A stretch of DNA of 53,366 nt, from contig JAYZBQ010000063.1 in assembly GCA_036338695.1 (NCBI GenBank), positions 1 through 53,366 of the forward strand, given 5' to 3'. Under the pieces are notes generated by a model that worked only from the letters and a program-made list of their open reading frames with translations, had not been told where the DNA came from and did not search any database. A program made the translations under genes and the position numbers. Positions 9,052-21,481 of the stretch are shown here, one piece after another (the stretch's first letter is position 1; each line of letters opens with the position of its first letter). Source of the stretch: Myxococcota bacterium. GTDB lineage: Bacteria; Myxococcota; UBA4151.

Positions 9052-9080
9052 GCCTTAGAACCGTGTCTGCTCTGGGTCAA
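9052..9080 (-). promoter_or_regulatory. Putative sigma70 promoter of tRNA-Cys
   Basis: Minus strand TTGACC-N17-TAAGGC, ending 11 nt before the tRNA 5' end. Confidence 0.55.
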
Positions 9081-10355
9081 CCCTCAAGATGGTTCACACT
9101 GATTTGGCTCACGTGCCTCGTGGCTTGCGAGCGAAGCGCAACCTGGTCGCATGACGCTGGCCGCGCCTTCGACGCAGGCGCAGCGCCCATCTACACGTTC
9201 CCCCGCCCGCTGCCCGACGCGGGACGTCTCGTCCTCGACGCCTCGCCCAACGCAGACACCGGTGGACGCACTCGATGGCGACGCGTTGATCAATTTCCAT
9301 CGATCACCGACTTCAGCGGCTTGGATCGGATGATGGCGTTGGCTCGACAGCCAAGCGGCGAGCCCTGCCTTGCCATGGCGACGACCGAAGGCTTGTTCTT
9401 CGGCTGCCTTGCAGACACCCCCAGTCTCGACGCAGGTCCGCTTCCGGATACTAGCGCCTCTCCTGAGGCCGGCGCTCACGGTGACCGTGAATGGCAGCTT
9501 GAGCGCATCGCGGCGCACCCCAACAACGCCTGGATCGGCGCGCAGCTCGACGTCACCATCGACCCAGAAGGCGTGCCGTGGGTCGTTGCGCGTCAGATGC
9601 CCCAACGGCGGACCTGGCTGTATGTGCGAGCAGACGACGCTTGGCGGCGGGAGGAGATCAGCGTGGCGCACGCAGGGATCGATCCCCAACTCCACGCGCA
9701 CCGAGACGGCGCCGTCAGCGTACTCCACGGTGCGCAAGAGAGCGCCTCGCCGCCGGCGCTCGTGCTGAGCCACCGTCAGAGCACGGGGGACTGGCATCAT
9801 ACACCCCTCATCGAAGCCTATGATGCGCTTCCAGGCCATTTGCATCGCAGTCAGCTCGTCGGCGAGCGCTTTAACGTGTGCAGCTTCGACCCAGGCTCTC
9901 AGCGCATCACGTCAGGGCGAACTTCGTGGCGTCTCGAGCCAGCAGGGGATGGTGGGGCGGCGCCGGATGCCGGTCTCAGCGACACCCCGAGACCAACGCT
10001 CGAGCGCGTCACGACACAGCCTGGCGGACCCTTCTGCGGCCTCGACGGAGACACCATGTTGATGAACGAGAGCTTGTTGGGCGCTGTCGTGGCGCTGCGT
10101 GCCGACGCCGCGACGGCACCGACCGGTCATCGGGGGGCTTTCCGGGTGCTGCGGACGCAGGCGGGGCTGGTGACGCTCAGCCGGTCGGGAGGACTCCTAC
10201 AGATCAGCCGAGCCGGTCAGCCGCCAACGCCCTTGACCGGGTCGCATGAGACAGGGCGCCCTCTCGCGCTTGCGCTCGATGAGGACGTCTTGATCGCCGA
10301 GGATCCGCAACCGGACGGCACGCGCGCCTTGAGCCGCTGGCGAGCACAACCATGA
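9063..10355 (+). CDS. Hypothetical lipoprotein, possible beta-propeller
   Basis: The track start (9003) lies inside the tRNA. GTG 9063 gives a lipobox (LTCLVAC), DAG-rich linkers and recurring W.x.E/R-ending strands. Confidence 0.65.
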   Translation: MSALGQPSRWFTLIWLTCLVACERSATWSHDAGRAFDAGAAPIYTFPRPLPDAGRLVLDASPNADTGGRTRWRRVDQFPSITDFSGLDRMMALARQPSGEPCLAMATTEGLFFGCLADTPSLDAGPLPDTSASPEAGAHGDREWQLERIAAHPNNAWIGAQLDVTIDPEGVPWVVARQMPQRRTWLYVRADDAWRREEISVAHAGIDPQLHAHRDGAVSVLHGAQESASPPALVLSHRQSTGDWHHTPLIEAYDALPGHLHRSQLVGERFNVCSFDPGSQRITSGRTSWRLEPAGDGGAAPDAGLSDTPRPTLERVTTQPGGPFCGLDGDTMLMNESLLGAVVALRADAATAPTGHRGAFRVLRTQAGLVTLSRSGGLLQISRAGQPPTPLTGSHETGRPLALALDEDVLIAEDPQPDGTRALSRWRAQP

Positions 10356-10813
10356 GCCCCGTGCATCGACGCGACCGCGCCGCGCTCGTGCTCTTGAGGC
10401 TGACGCTGGGGCTGCTGATCACCGAGTGTGGCGTCACCCTGCTACGAGCCGGCTATCGCGCCGGCGACTTCGCCGAGCGGCTCAATCTGGGTCTTGCACA
10501 GAATCCGCTGGGGCTCGCCGTGATCGAGCGCTTTCACGTCCTCGCCGACCACGCCGAACTCGCCGCTCAAGTCATCATCGCCGTCCACCTTTTAGGCGGC
10601 ATCTTGCTTCTGATCGGGGTGCTCACGCGCAGCGCATCGTTGGTGATCGGGCTGATCTATCTGGCTCTGGCGACGCTCGATCCGCAACCCGCAACGGTGC
10701 TGATCGGCGTCATCTCTTGGGGGCTGGCGCTGAGCGACGCCGGCAACAGCCTAACGCTCTATCGGCTCACTGCGCCGACCAGACCCAACCACCAGTCCAC
10801 AACCACCGACTGA
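10352..10813 (+). CDS. DoxX-family membrane protein
   Basis: LLRLTLG first helix; LLGGILLLIGVLTR.AS; C-terminal AGNSLTL; four hydrophobic segments. Confidence 0.65.
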   Translation: MSPVHRRDRAALVLLRLTLGLLITECGVTLLRAGYRAGDFAERLNLGLAQNPLGLAVIERFHVLADHAELAAQVIIAVHLLGGILLLIGVLTRSASLVIGLIYLALATLDPQPATVLIGVISWGLALSDAGNSLTLYRLTAPTRPNHQSTTTD

Positions 10814-11556
10814 TCCCGATCGACGCGCCCCTCAGCGGCGCGGATCAACCGATCAAAATCCTGTTGGGATAAGCCCGGCGCCACCATCTCTCCCATGGCT
10901 GGAATCTTCAAGAGATCGACCAGCGCCCCTTGCGGCCCACGCCAACGAAAAGGCGTCCAGGCGCATGACCTGCCGTGCTGATCACACAGTACGTCGAATG
11001 CGCGCCGGTCAAAACGCGGATGAATCGCGGGAAAAGTCCCCCGCTGCTCGGCTAGCAAATCAGCGATCGCCGCCTGGATAGGGTGGCGGGTCGCCGTCTC
11101 CCTGGCGCACTGCGCCACAGGCACATTAAAGACCAGCCGTCCCTTCGGGCGAAGTGCATCCATCATCGCAGCGTAGGCGTGCGGGTCGAGGTGCCAGAAC
11201 GCCGCACCGCAGGTGATGAGATCGAACGAGTTCGTGTACCGAGCGGCGCATTCCTCGCCCTGAGCGACCTGCCACTCGATGCGCGGATCGGGAACCAACT
11301 CCCGGGCGCGCTCGACCATCGCCTGCGCCGAGTCAACGGCGATCACCTCAAGCTCAAAGGGGAGCACGCGCAAGAACGCTTCGAGCGTCGCGCCGGTGCC
11401 ACAGCCCACATCGAGCAGGCGCTCAACAGATGCCACCTCGCCGTCCTGATGAAGCGCTGTTGCGAGCGCTTGGTTGAGCTCGCGGTACACCCTCCAATCG
11501 TCCACATGGTCTGCGTAGGTCTCGGCGTTGACGAGGTCGTCCCAGCGATTCGCCAT
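10759..11556 (-). CDS. Class I SAM-dependent methyltransferase
   Basis: LLDVGCGTG, AVDSAQAMV, FDLITCGAAFWH, LRPKGRLVF. ATG 11556 overlaps the upstream TGA. Confidence 0.85.
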   Translation of the reverse strand: MANRWDDLVNAETYADHVDDWRVYRELNQALATALHQDGEVASVERLLDVGCGTGATLEAFLRVLPFELEVIAVDSAQAMVERARELVPDPRIEWQVAQGEECAARYTNSFDLITCGAAFWHLDPHAYAAMMDALRPKGRLVFNVPVAQCARETATRHPIQAAIADLLAEQRGTFPAIHPRFDRRAFDVLCDQHGRSCAWTPFRWRGPQGALVDLLKIPAMGEMVAPGLSQQDFDRLIRAAEGRVDRDQSVVVDWWLGLVGAVSR

Positions 11557-12215
11557 CAGTTGCTCTGGCGCTGAGGACACACCGTCGGGATCGTTAGCCC
11601 TTTCTCAACCAACACCAAGCGGTTCCGATAGAGGTCGGATTTGACGACCTGCAGCTGGCTTCGGCACATCCACTCCCCCTCCAAGCTGCGGAATCCCCTG
11701 CACCAACGCCGGTACCGTCTCGCCAGAATTTTCGAGTCGGAAAACTGGCTCGCCAGACCACAGACGCAGCCGCGCAGTGTATGGCACGGGCCTTCGTTTT
11801 TGCCAGCCAGTACGACGCCCGACATCTCCTCAACGGCGCGTTGATCCACCGCTTGGGCGCGACGGCGTTTCCATTCTTGCTGCTTTGCTGTGACACGCTT
11901 CGCCTCTTCCTCAAGCCGGAGTTGGCGCTCGGCGGCGGCGAGCCGCTCAGCGCGCCGCTGCAGCTCGGAGTCGCTCGCCCGAGCCATGCTCAAACGCTCA
12001 AGGCTACGGGCCTGACGCTCAGCGTCCGACGAGCCGATCCCGTAGAAGAACCAGGCCATCACTGCCAGACCGTACAGACAGCCCAACACAAAACTCGGCG
12101 CCGCAAAAAGGGCTCGCTGACGCTGCTCGCCGTAAGGGAGGACGGGCTCGGTCCACCGACTGTAAACAGCCAGCGCCACCATGCCACCCGTCAGTCCAAT
12201 CAAGAGCCAGCTCAT
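11556..12215 (-). CDS. Hypothetical membrane protein (two TM helices, coiled coil, Cys-containing C-terminal domain)
   Basis: ATG 12215 with GAGG upstream; hydrophobic N-terminus, charged helical middle, six Cys in the C-terminal part. Confidence 0.7.
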   Translation of the reverse strand: MSWLLIGLTGGMVALAVYSRWTEPVLPYGEQRQRALFAAPSFVLGCLYGLAVMAWFFYGIGSSDAERQARSLERLSMARASDSELQRRAERLAAAERQLRLEEEAKRVTAKQQEWKRRRAQAVDQRAVEEMSGVVLAGKNEGPCHTLRGCVCGLASQFSDSKILARRYRRWCRGFRSLEGEWMCRSQLQVVKSDLYRNRLVLVEKGLTIPTVCPQRQSN

Positions 12216-12293
12216 GTCGTCGCACACCTCAAATTCGACAGATGCCTGTGCGGTGGGGGCTAGACCCTGACCCGTCGGACCCTGCACACTCAC

Positions 12294-12320
12294 TTATCGG
12301 CGCGATGATGCGTATATTTC
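12294..12320 (-). promoter_or_regulatory. Putative sigma28 (FliA)-like promoter
   Basis: Minus strand GAAA-N15-GCCGATAA (consensus TAAA-N15-GCCGATAA), intergenic, about 80 nt upstream of ATG 12215. Confidence 0.5.
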
Positions 12321-12353
12321 AACATCTTCCGTCGTTTGTGCACAGGAGCGCCC

Positions 12354-14625
<2,272 letters not shown>

Positions 14626-14633
<8 letters not shown>

Positions 14634-16938
14634 CGCGCTCGCCATCAACGCTCTTGCGGGCACCTTGCTGATCGTCGGGATCTGGTCTCGGCTGGCTTCG
14701 ACCGTTGCGACCCTGCAAGAGGCTCCTTCCTGGTCGACGCCTTTACGTCGCGTGATTCTCGTCGCCTTGCCGCGCTTTGCCCTCGCTTACTTGCTGTACT
14801 CCGGGCTCTTAGACATGAGCGCCGCGCGCATCGTTTTTGGGCTCTTAGTCTTTACGATCGCGCTGCATGTGCCGGTCTTGGTTGACGCATTTCTTGCCCT
14901 GATCGACGCACCGCTCGACAAGCTCCAGCGGATCATCTGGCTCACCTTACCCGCCATCGGCGCTTGCGTTGGCACCTTTGGTGTCGCCAGCATGGAGTGG
15001 CGCGAACCCAATGGACTCACCGTTCAATACATCGACGGCCGGCTCGCGCCGATCGGCGGGGTGATGAGTCTGAGTGTCCTCGTCGTCTACGGGCTGCTGT
15101 ATCGCCAAGTTCTGCGCGCACGCTCGGAGCGCTCGCAAAGGACCCAAAAGATCCTCCTGTACTCGATCGCGCTGAACATCGCGATCATCCTCCACGACAT
15201 CGTCGTTGCCCTCAACGAGCTCAACAACCCGTATCTTGGCATCCTCGGGGTGATCGTCTTTGTGCTGGGGCTCATCCTTGCGGGGGAAGAGAGGGCCAAA
15301 GTTCAGATCGACGCGTTGCGGCGCTCGACCCACGAGGCGGAGGCTCGAGCCGAGGCACGCACAAGCTTCCTGTCGCATATGAGCCATCAGGTGAGGACGC
15401 CGCTCACAGAGATTCGCGGGCTTCAGTTTTTACTTCAAGACCGCGCCCAAAGCGCATCTCAGATCGAGTTAGCTCAGACGCTCGGGACCTCCGCAGAGAT
15501 CCTGCGAACGCTCATCGAGGATCTGCTCGACTACGAAGCCATCGACACCGACCAACTCGAGCTCGAGAACGCGCCGTTCAAGCCACGACAACTCCATGAC
15601 GAGCTCGAACAATTCGCCTCCCTCTTGCCGCGGCCGGAGCGCGTCGAACTGACCTTCGAATACAATGGGCCGGAGCAGCTGGTGGTCGAAGGCGACGCCA
15701 ACCGACTTCGGCAGATCCTGCTCAACCTGCTAAGCAATGCCCTCAAATTTACGCATGCTGGCTGGGTTCGTGCCGTCACGAACCTGACAGTTGATGGCGA
15801 CCAAGCTGAGCTGGTGATCGAGATTCGAGATAGCGGCATCGGGATCGCACCGGAACGGACTGAAGCGATCTTTGAATCGTTCGTTCAGGGTGAGACGGGG
15901 ACGAGCAGACGCTATGACGGGAGCGGTCTCGGCCTTGCGATCTCCAAACGCCTCACCGACCTACTCGGCGCAACGCTTGAGGTCGACAGCCGCCTGCAAG
16001 AGGGGAGCACCTTTCGCGTCACGCTGCGCCTCCCGATCGTTGCGCTTGAGCAGGGTGAAGCGATCGATGAACCGCTTCAATCACCCGACGCTGAAGCCTT
16101 TGCGGGGCTCAAGGTGCTGGTGGTTGAAGATACCCCCACCAATCTGCTCATTACCCGCCTACTCCTTGAGGACATGGGCTGCACCGTCTCGACCTCGAGC
16201 GACGGGGTCGAAGCCCTCGATAAGCTCCAAAAGAATGGCTTAGAGGTGGTCTTGATGGACCTCCAGATGGCGCCTTGGGACGGAATCGAGACCACGCGAC
16301 GGATCCGCAAAGCAGAGGATTACGACCAGCTCGGACACATCGGAGCCATCCCGATCATCGCCGTGACAGCCGATATCTCGCCGTCGGCTAAGTCGGCGTC
16401 GGCCGAAGCCGGCTGCGACGGCTTCCTCGCGAAACCCTTTACCCGAGAGGAGCTGATGAGAGCGCTCTGGCGGCAGCTCCCGCGTACACCAGCCGCCAAA
16501 TCAGACGCCCCACCCGACCGAAGCCTGCCCCCGATCTCAACATCGCTCTTGCTGCAAGCAACACACGGCCGACAAGAACTCGCTATTCGGCGCCTCGAGG
16601 AGTTCCAGCGCGACGTGATGGAGCTGCTCAAAGAGGCTGCTGAGCCAGCATCAGGTCAGACTGACGAGCTGATCAACCAGACCCGGCGGTGGCTGAAACA
16701 GGCCGAACAGCTCGGGCTCAGTGAGATGAACGTGTGCCTTGCGGAGCTCGTCGTGGCGATCCCTGAGGGGGACCCCGCGCGGCACGCAAGTGTTCTGGAG
16801 CGTTGCTGGGCGGCGCATCGAGCGCTCCACCGGCGGACGATGCAGCTGCGTCAGTCCTTTGAAACGGCGGCGTATCCCCAAGGTAAAACGCAAGAATTTC
16901 CAGATCTTCCGGAGCCGCTCAAGCCACCCGATCGATGA
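14626..16938 (+). CDS. Hybrid sensor kinase 2: multi-TM sensor, variant HisKA, canonical HATPase, REC, His-less HPt-like domain
   Basis: H-box FLSHMSHQVRTPL; LRQILLNLLSNALKFT; DSGIGI; IFESFVQ; GSGLGLAISKRL; REC VEDT...LMDLQM...LAKPF; HPt-like region reads TRRWLKQAEQLG. Confidence 0.92.
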
Positions 16939-17001
16939 GGGTTGTCGCGTGTCGTTCTCGTAGCTACAGAGCGGTTGACCTGTCCCTGGAGAAGAGACGC
17001 T

Positions 17002-18027
17002 ATGCCTGTTGTCGACCATTCTACCTACTGCCGCATGCTGGATGAGGCGAACAAAGGGCGCTACGCCTTCCCTGCGATCAATGTCAGCTCCATGAGTACC
17101 GCCAATGCGGCGCTCGCCGGGCTAGCAGCCGAAGGCAGCGACGGGTTTTTTCAAGTGAGTACCGGCGCTGGGCAGTTCGCGTCCGGCCTGCACAACAAAG
17201 ACTCGGTGCTCGGCGCCATTGCGCTCGCCGACGCCATCCACACCTTGGCAGAGGCTTATGACATCGGCGTTGCGCTCCATACGGACCACTGCCTCCCCGA
17301 TAAGGTCGACTCGTTCTTGATCCCGCTCATCGAGGAGACCGAGCGTCGTCGCGCCCGAGGGCAGAAAAACCTGTTTAATAGCCACATGTTCGACGGGTCG
17401 ATCCTCCCGCTCGAGGCGAACCTGCGTCAATCGCAGGAGCTCCTTGAGCGCTGCGCCAAGAGCGATATCCTGCTCGAGGTTGAGATCGGCGTTGTCGGCG
17501 GTGAAGAGGATGGCGTGGATCACGGCGCGCCTGCGGAGAAGCTCTACACGACCCCCGAAGACATGCTTGCGACGCACGAGGCGCTCTCGCCGATCGGTGG
17601 GCGGTTCATGCTCGCAGCGACCTTTGGCAATGTGCACGGCGTCTACAAGCCAGGCCACGTCGTACTCCGCCCCGACATCCTCAAACAGGGTCAAGACGCC
17701 GTCATGGATCGCTACGGTGCAGACGCTCGGTTCGACCTCGTCTTCCACGGCGGCTCAGGTTCCGACCTCAGCGACATCCATGAGACCTTAGACTACGGCG
17801 TCATCAAGATGAACGTAGACACCGACACGCAGTACGCTTTCACGCGTCCGGTCATGGATCACCTGATGACCAACTACGAGGGCGTGCTGAAGATTGACGG
17901 CGAGGTCGGCAACAAGAAGGTCTATGATCCGAGAGCGTACTTGAAAAAAGCGGAGGCGGGCATGGCCGAGCGTGTCGCTCAGTGTGCACGTGATCTTCGC
18001 TCATCTGGCCGCAGCTTGCTGCGCTGA
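17002..18027 (+). CDS. fbaA: Fructose-bisphosphate aldolase class II (subtype A)
   Basis: AFPAIN, HTDHC, SHMFDGS, EIGVVGGEEDG, FGNVHGVYKPG, VFHGGSGS, KMNVDTDTQ, YDPR. Confidence 0.96.
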   Translation: MPVVDHSTYCRMLDEANKGRYAFPAINVSSMSTANAALAGLAAEGSDGFFQVSTGAGQFASGLHNKDSVLGAIALADAIHTLAEAYDIGVALHTDHCLPDKVDSFLIPLIEETERRRARGQKNLFNSHMFDGSILPLEANLRQSQELLERCAKSDILLEVEIGVVGGEEDGVDHGAPAEKLYTTPEDMLATHEALSPIGGRFMLAATFGNVHGVYKPGHVVLRPDILKQGQDAVMDRYGADARFDLVFHGGSGSDLSDIHETLDYGVIKMNVDTDTQYAFTRPVMDHLMTNYEGVLKIDGEVGNKKVYDPRAYLKKAEAGMAERVAQCARDLRSSGRSLLR

Positions 18028-18044
18028 AACGAAGGAGCGCCAAT

Positions 18045-18701
18045 ATGAGCAAACGAGTCGCAGTCATTCTCAGTGGATCTGGCGTTTATGACGGCGCCGA
18101 GCTGCACGAATCCGTCTTGTGCCTCTTGGCCCTCGATCGCGTCGGCGCAGAGGTGACGGTGCTGGCTCCTGACAAAGATCAGGCGCACGTTGTCGACCAC
18201 CAAGTCGGCGCGCCGAGCGAGCAGGCTACGCGCAACGTACTGGTCGAGTCTGCGCGCATCGCACGGGGACCGGTGACACCGCTCGGCGAGGCAGACGCTC
18301 GCGCCTTTGACGCCGTGCTGATGCCGGGCGGGTTTGGCGCCGCTAAAAATCTATGCACCTGGGCTTTTGATGGCGCTGAATGCAGCGTGGACCCTGACGT
18401 CGAGCGCTTCCTGCGGGCGATGCACGATCAAGGATCGTGGATCGGCGCGTGCTGTATTGCGCCCGTGATCCTCGCTAAACTCTTCGGCGACCTCGGCGTC
18501 GAGGTGACGATCGGTCAAGGCGAGGCAGAGCACGCAGAGGTCGAGAAAACCGGAGCCAAACACATCAAGCTCGGCGTTCAAGGCGTTCACCGGGATGCGC
18601 AGCGGCGCGTGATCACGACGCCGGCCTACATGGAAGCCCAACGGATCGCCGATCTCCCAACCGGAATCAACGAGCTCGTCCGTCAGCTGATGGAAGCCTG
18701 A
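18045..18701 (+). CDS. elbB: Glyoxalase ElbB (ES1; DJ-1/PfpI superfamily)
   Basis: VILSGSGVYDGAELHE, RNVLVESARIARG, PGGFGAAKNL, CIAP, TTPAYM. Confidence 0.93.
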   Translation: MSKRVAVILSGSGVYDGAELHESVLCLLALDRVGAEVTVLAPDKDQAHVVDHQVGAPSEQATRNVLVESARIARGPVTPLGEADARAFDAVLMPGGFGAAKNLCTWAFDGAECSVDPDVERFLRAMHDQGSWIGACCIAPVILAKLFGDLGVEVTIGQGEAEHAEVEKTGAKHIKLGVQGVHRDAQRRVITTPAYMEAQRIADLPTGINELVRQLMEA

Positions 18702-18707
18702 ACTCCT

Positions 18708-19934
18708 TTGGCGGGCGCTCGGCTCAGTTACGACCTCATTGTCCTCGGAGACGGAGCGCTCGCTCGACTCGTCGGCTGTTTGGTCGCTAAATCGGGCAAG
18801 CGCGTCCTGCGCCTACGACGCCATGAGGGGATCGAGCCCGTACTGCCCCCGATCCCCCCGCTCGATCTCACGCTGTTACCTGCGGTGCGAGAGACGGCGC
18901 TCAAGCTTGGCATCTTAGTCCCCCTACGAGACCGACTCCGCCCCCAGTACAGCCTTGGGCACTTTTGCTCAGAGCAGGGTAGCGCCGAACTGTTCTTGGA
19001 GCGGTCGGCACGCGACCACCAGCAGCAGCGTCTCCAGAGCCCCGCCTTTGATCGGTGGTGTCGCGAACTCGCCCAACCCATGGAAGACCCGACGCCCATC
19101 GAGTACCCGGAGCTCTTTCATCGCGGCTGGTGGCGACGTTGGCGACACCGGAAGGGCTGGAGCGAGGTGGAGCTCGGAGCGACGCAAGCTGACCTCGACG
19201 CGCTGACCCGACCCTATTTTCTTCATCCCTGGACGCATGTCGCTCCGGAGCGCGCCCACTTGCGTTGGTCAGGCCATCGGGACCTGCACGCGCTGACGCG
19301 ACCGCTCCACAGCTTCATTGAGCTTGCGGAGGCACGCTCAGGGGTCGAGACGCTGCCGCGCGACCAGGCGGTCGACTACGATATCAACCGAGGTCGGCTG
19401 GTCTCCGTGATCACCGCTCGGGGTCAACACGTCGGCGGCGCAACGGTCCTTTGGAGCGATGCAATCGACGAACTCGACGCGCTCAGCGACCGAGCCAAAG
19501 CGAAGGTTGAGGCGCGCTGGGCGAAGGACGGCAGCGAGATCAACACGATGACGCGGCGCTCGGGCCGGCTCGCTGCGGTCGACTGGCCGCCGTTCCTTGG
19601 GCAATCGATCCTCATAGCCGACGGCGATCTTCAACTGAGCGTCGAGACACGCGGGCACGAGGTGTATCTTGAGACCTGGCTGACGGCCGCAGAGGACACG
19701 GCGCCCATCGATCGCTTTTTCGCACGTCATTTCCCGCTTCTTCAGCGCAACCCGCTGACTGAGTCAGAGCAGTTTACCTTCGTCAAACGAACCGACCCAC
19801 AGCGGCTCCCCCCCCGGCTCGACACCGGGGTCGGCGGGCTCTTCGTAACGCCTGATCGCCTCATCCACGGCCTCGGGATCGACGCTCCTTTTGCCATGGC
19901 GCAGCAGCTGGCTCAGCGGATCACCGCCGCCTAG
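18708..19934 (+). CDS. Divergent FAD/NAD(P)-binding oxidoreductase-like protein
   Basis: N-terminal Rossmann-like YDLIVLGDGALARLVGCLVAKSGKRVLRL; C-terminal GLFV...GLG...A..LA resembling phytoene-desaturase-like proteins. Confidence 0.55.
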   Translation: MAGARLSYDLIVLGDGALARLVGCLVAKSGKRVLRLRRHEGIEPVLPPIPPLDLTLLPAVRETALKLGILVPLRDRLRPQYSLGHFCSEQGSAELFLERSARDHQQQRLQSPAFDRWCRELAQPMEDPTPIEYPELFHRGWWRRWRHRKGWSEVELGATQADLDALTRPYFLHPWTHVAPERAHLRWSGHRDLHALTRPLHSFIELAEARSGVETLPRDQAVDYDINRGRLVSVITARGQHVGGATVLWSDAIDELDALSDRAKAKVEARWAKDGSEINTMTRRSGRLAAVDWPPFLGQSILIADGDLQLSVETRGHEVYLETWLTAAEDTAPIDRFFARHFPLLQRNPLTESEQFTFVKRTDPQRLPPRLDTGVGGLFVTPDRLIHGLGIDAPFAMAQQLAQRITAA

Positions 19935-19937
19935 ACG

Positions 19938-20261
19938 TCAAGGTTCCGCGGCGCGCGGCACCACCGAGATGCGCACCTTGTCGCCCATCCGAAAGAAGTG
20001 GATCGTGCTCCACTTGAACCGATCTTCCTTGGCGTGAACGGAGATCAGCGCCACGCCGTTTTTATAGGTCAAGGGATCGATGCTGCTCTTTTTACCGTAG
20101 TTACGCTTGATCCAGGTCTGAAGGCGCTTCCACGACCGGGTGTAGCGATAAAAGTTCGGCGCAATCTCGGTGACCTCCGACGGCAGGGGCGCCAGCTTGG
20201 CCGCTGATAGGGCGGGCGCTGCATTCAGCATCACCGCAACGATGATCACAACAAACCGCAC
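19938..20261 (-). CDS. Small basic secreted hypothetical protein
   Basis: GTG 20261 after GGAGG; signal-like VRFVVIIVAVMLNAAPALSA. The longer track ORF extends into the bactofilin gene on the opposite strand. Confidence 0.65.
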   Translation of the reverse strand: MRFVVIIVAVMLNAAPALSAAKLAPLPSEVTEIAPNFYRYTRSWKRLQTWIKRNYGKKSSIDPLTYKNGVALISVHAKEDRFKWSTIHFFRMGDKVRISVVPRAAEP

Positions 20262-20363
20262 CGACACCTCCGCTGCCACGCCTCTACCCTTCCATCGGCG
20301 CGCTCTGCAACCGCTGTTGCAGCATGAGCCCGCCTTGAGTAAGGCCAGCCAGGAGCCAAGCCC

Positions 20364-20924
20364 ATGCACGAGACGATGATTGCCGCAGATTGCCGAATAG
20401 AAGGTCAACTCACCGGACAGGTGGTGCGCATCTTCGGGCAGGTGACGGGCGCTGTCGAGGCGACCGAGGTGATCGTCGAGGCGGGCGCGCAGATCGGTGG
20501 GGGCATCCATGCCAGCGGCGTGCGCGTGCTCGGGCGGGTGGATGGAGCCATCCGAGCCGAGCGGGTGATCGTGGAGGCGAGCGGTCAGAGCCTCGGTGGT
20601 ATCTCCGCGCCGAGCGTCACGCTCGCTGAAGGGTGCACGATTCAAGGACGGCTGGACTCCAACCTACCGGCGCCAGCGGTGAGTCCTCTCCCGGTCAATC
20701 GGGTGGAACATGCCACCGCGCCACCAGCGTACCCTGCGCCTCGGCAGCAGCACGTCACGCCGTACACCTCATCGCTGCCGCAAGCGGCGTCGGGGACGCC
20801 CATGCCGGCTGCTGCGCTGCCCGTGGCGCAAGCGGATACACCGCCGCCGACGTCAGCGCCCAAGGTGGCGCCGCGCGCGTTCAATCTAGACGGCGTCAAG
20901 CTGCACGCAGAGGACCCCTCATGA
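20364..20924 (+). CDS. Bactofilin (polymer-forming cytoskeletal protein) with Pro/Ala-rich tail
   Basis: TMIAADCRIEGQL, V.I.G.V.G.V, GRVDGAIRAERV, GGISAPSVTLAEGCTIQGRL beta-helix pattern; AGGAG RBS. Confidence 0.88.
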   Translation: MHETMIAADCRIEGQLTGQVVRIFGQVTGAVEATEVIVEAGAQIGGGIHASGVRVLGRVDGAIRAERVIVEASGQSLGGISAPSVTLAEGCTIQGRLDSNLPAPAVSPLPVNRVEHATAPPAYPAPRQQHVTPYTSSLPQAASGTPMPAAALPVAQADTPPPTSAPKVAPRAFNLDGVKLHAEDPS

Positions 20925-21481
20925 GCAACGACGAGCTCCTTGCGCTCCTCACGGAGCGTAGTTTTTCGAACCAAACCGTGACCTTAGCCTCGGGCCAAAA
21001 GAGCAACTTCTACATCGACTGCAGGCAGACCTCACTCTCAGGGCGTGGGCACCTTTTGATCGGCGAGGCGATGCTGGACCGGATCGAACGCTGCGAACAG
21101 GAACAAGGCGCGCCGTTTGACGCGATCGCTGGGATGACCTTAGGCGGCGACCCGCTGGTCAGCGCCGTGAGCCTCACCGCTGCGCTGAAAGGCAGGGAGC
21201 TCCCTGCGCTGATCGTGCGCAAGGAAGCCAAAGGGCATGGCGCTGGGCGCCAGGTTGAGGGAGACCTCAAACTCCCAGCAGAGCTTCGGCTCGCCGTCCT
21301 TGAGGACGTCATCACGACAGGCGGCTCGACCCAAATTGCGCTCCATGCGCTTCGCCGCTCGGGTCACCACCCGACCGATGTCTTCGTCCTGGTCGATCGA
21401 CTTGAGGGCGGTCGAGCGAACGTCGAGGCGCAGGGTGTACGCGTCCACAGTCTCTACGATCGCAGCGACTTCCCTTCATGA
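20921..21481 (+). CDS. pyrE: Orotate phosphoribosyltransferase
   Basis: TLASGQKSNFYIDCR, GMTLGGDP, IVRKEAKGHG, PRPP motif VLEDVITTGGS, VDRLEGG. ATG 20921 overlaps the bactofilin stop. Confidence 0.95.
   Translation: MSNDELLALLTERSFSNQTVTLASGQKSNFYIDCRQTSLSGRGHLLIGEAMLDRIERCEQEQGAPFDAIAGMTLGGDPLVSAVSLTAALKGRELPALIVRKEAKGHGAGRQVEGDLKLPAELRLAVLEDVITTGGSTQIALHALRRSGHHPTDVFVLVDRLEGGRANVEAQGVRVHSLYDRSDFPS

Noticed and set aside
9003..9062. ORF-track 5' extensions (also for dksA, pyrE, acpP, 19938-20645 and 40145-42553)
   Set aside because: They overlap tRNAs or neighbouring genes or add non-homologous sequence. Downstream starts have an RBS, stop-start coupling or proper signal peptides.
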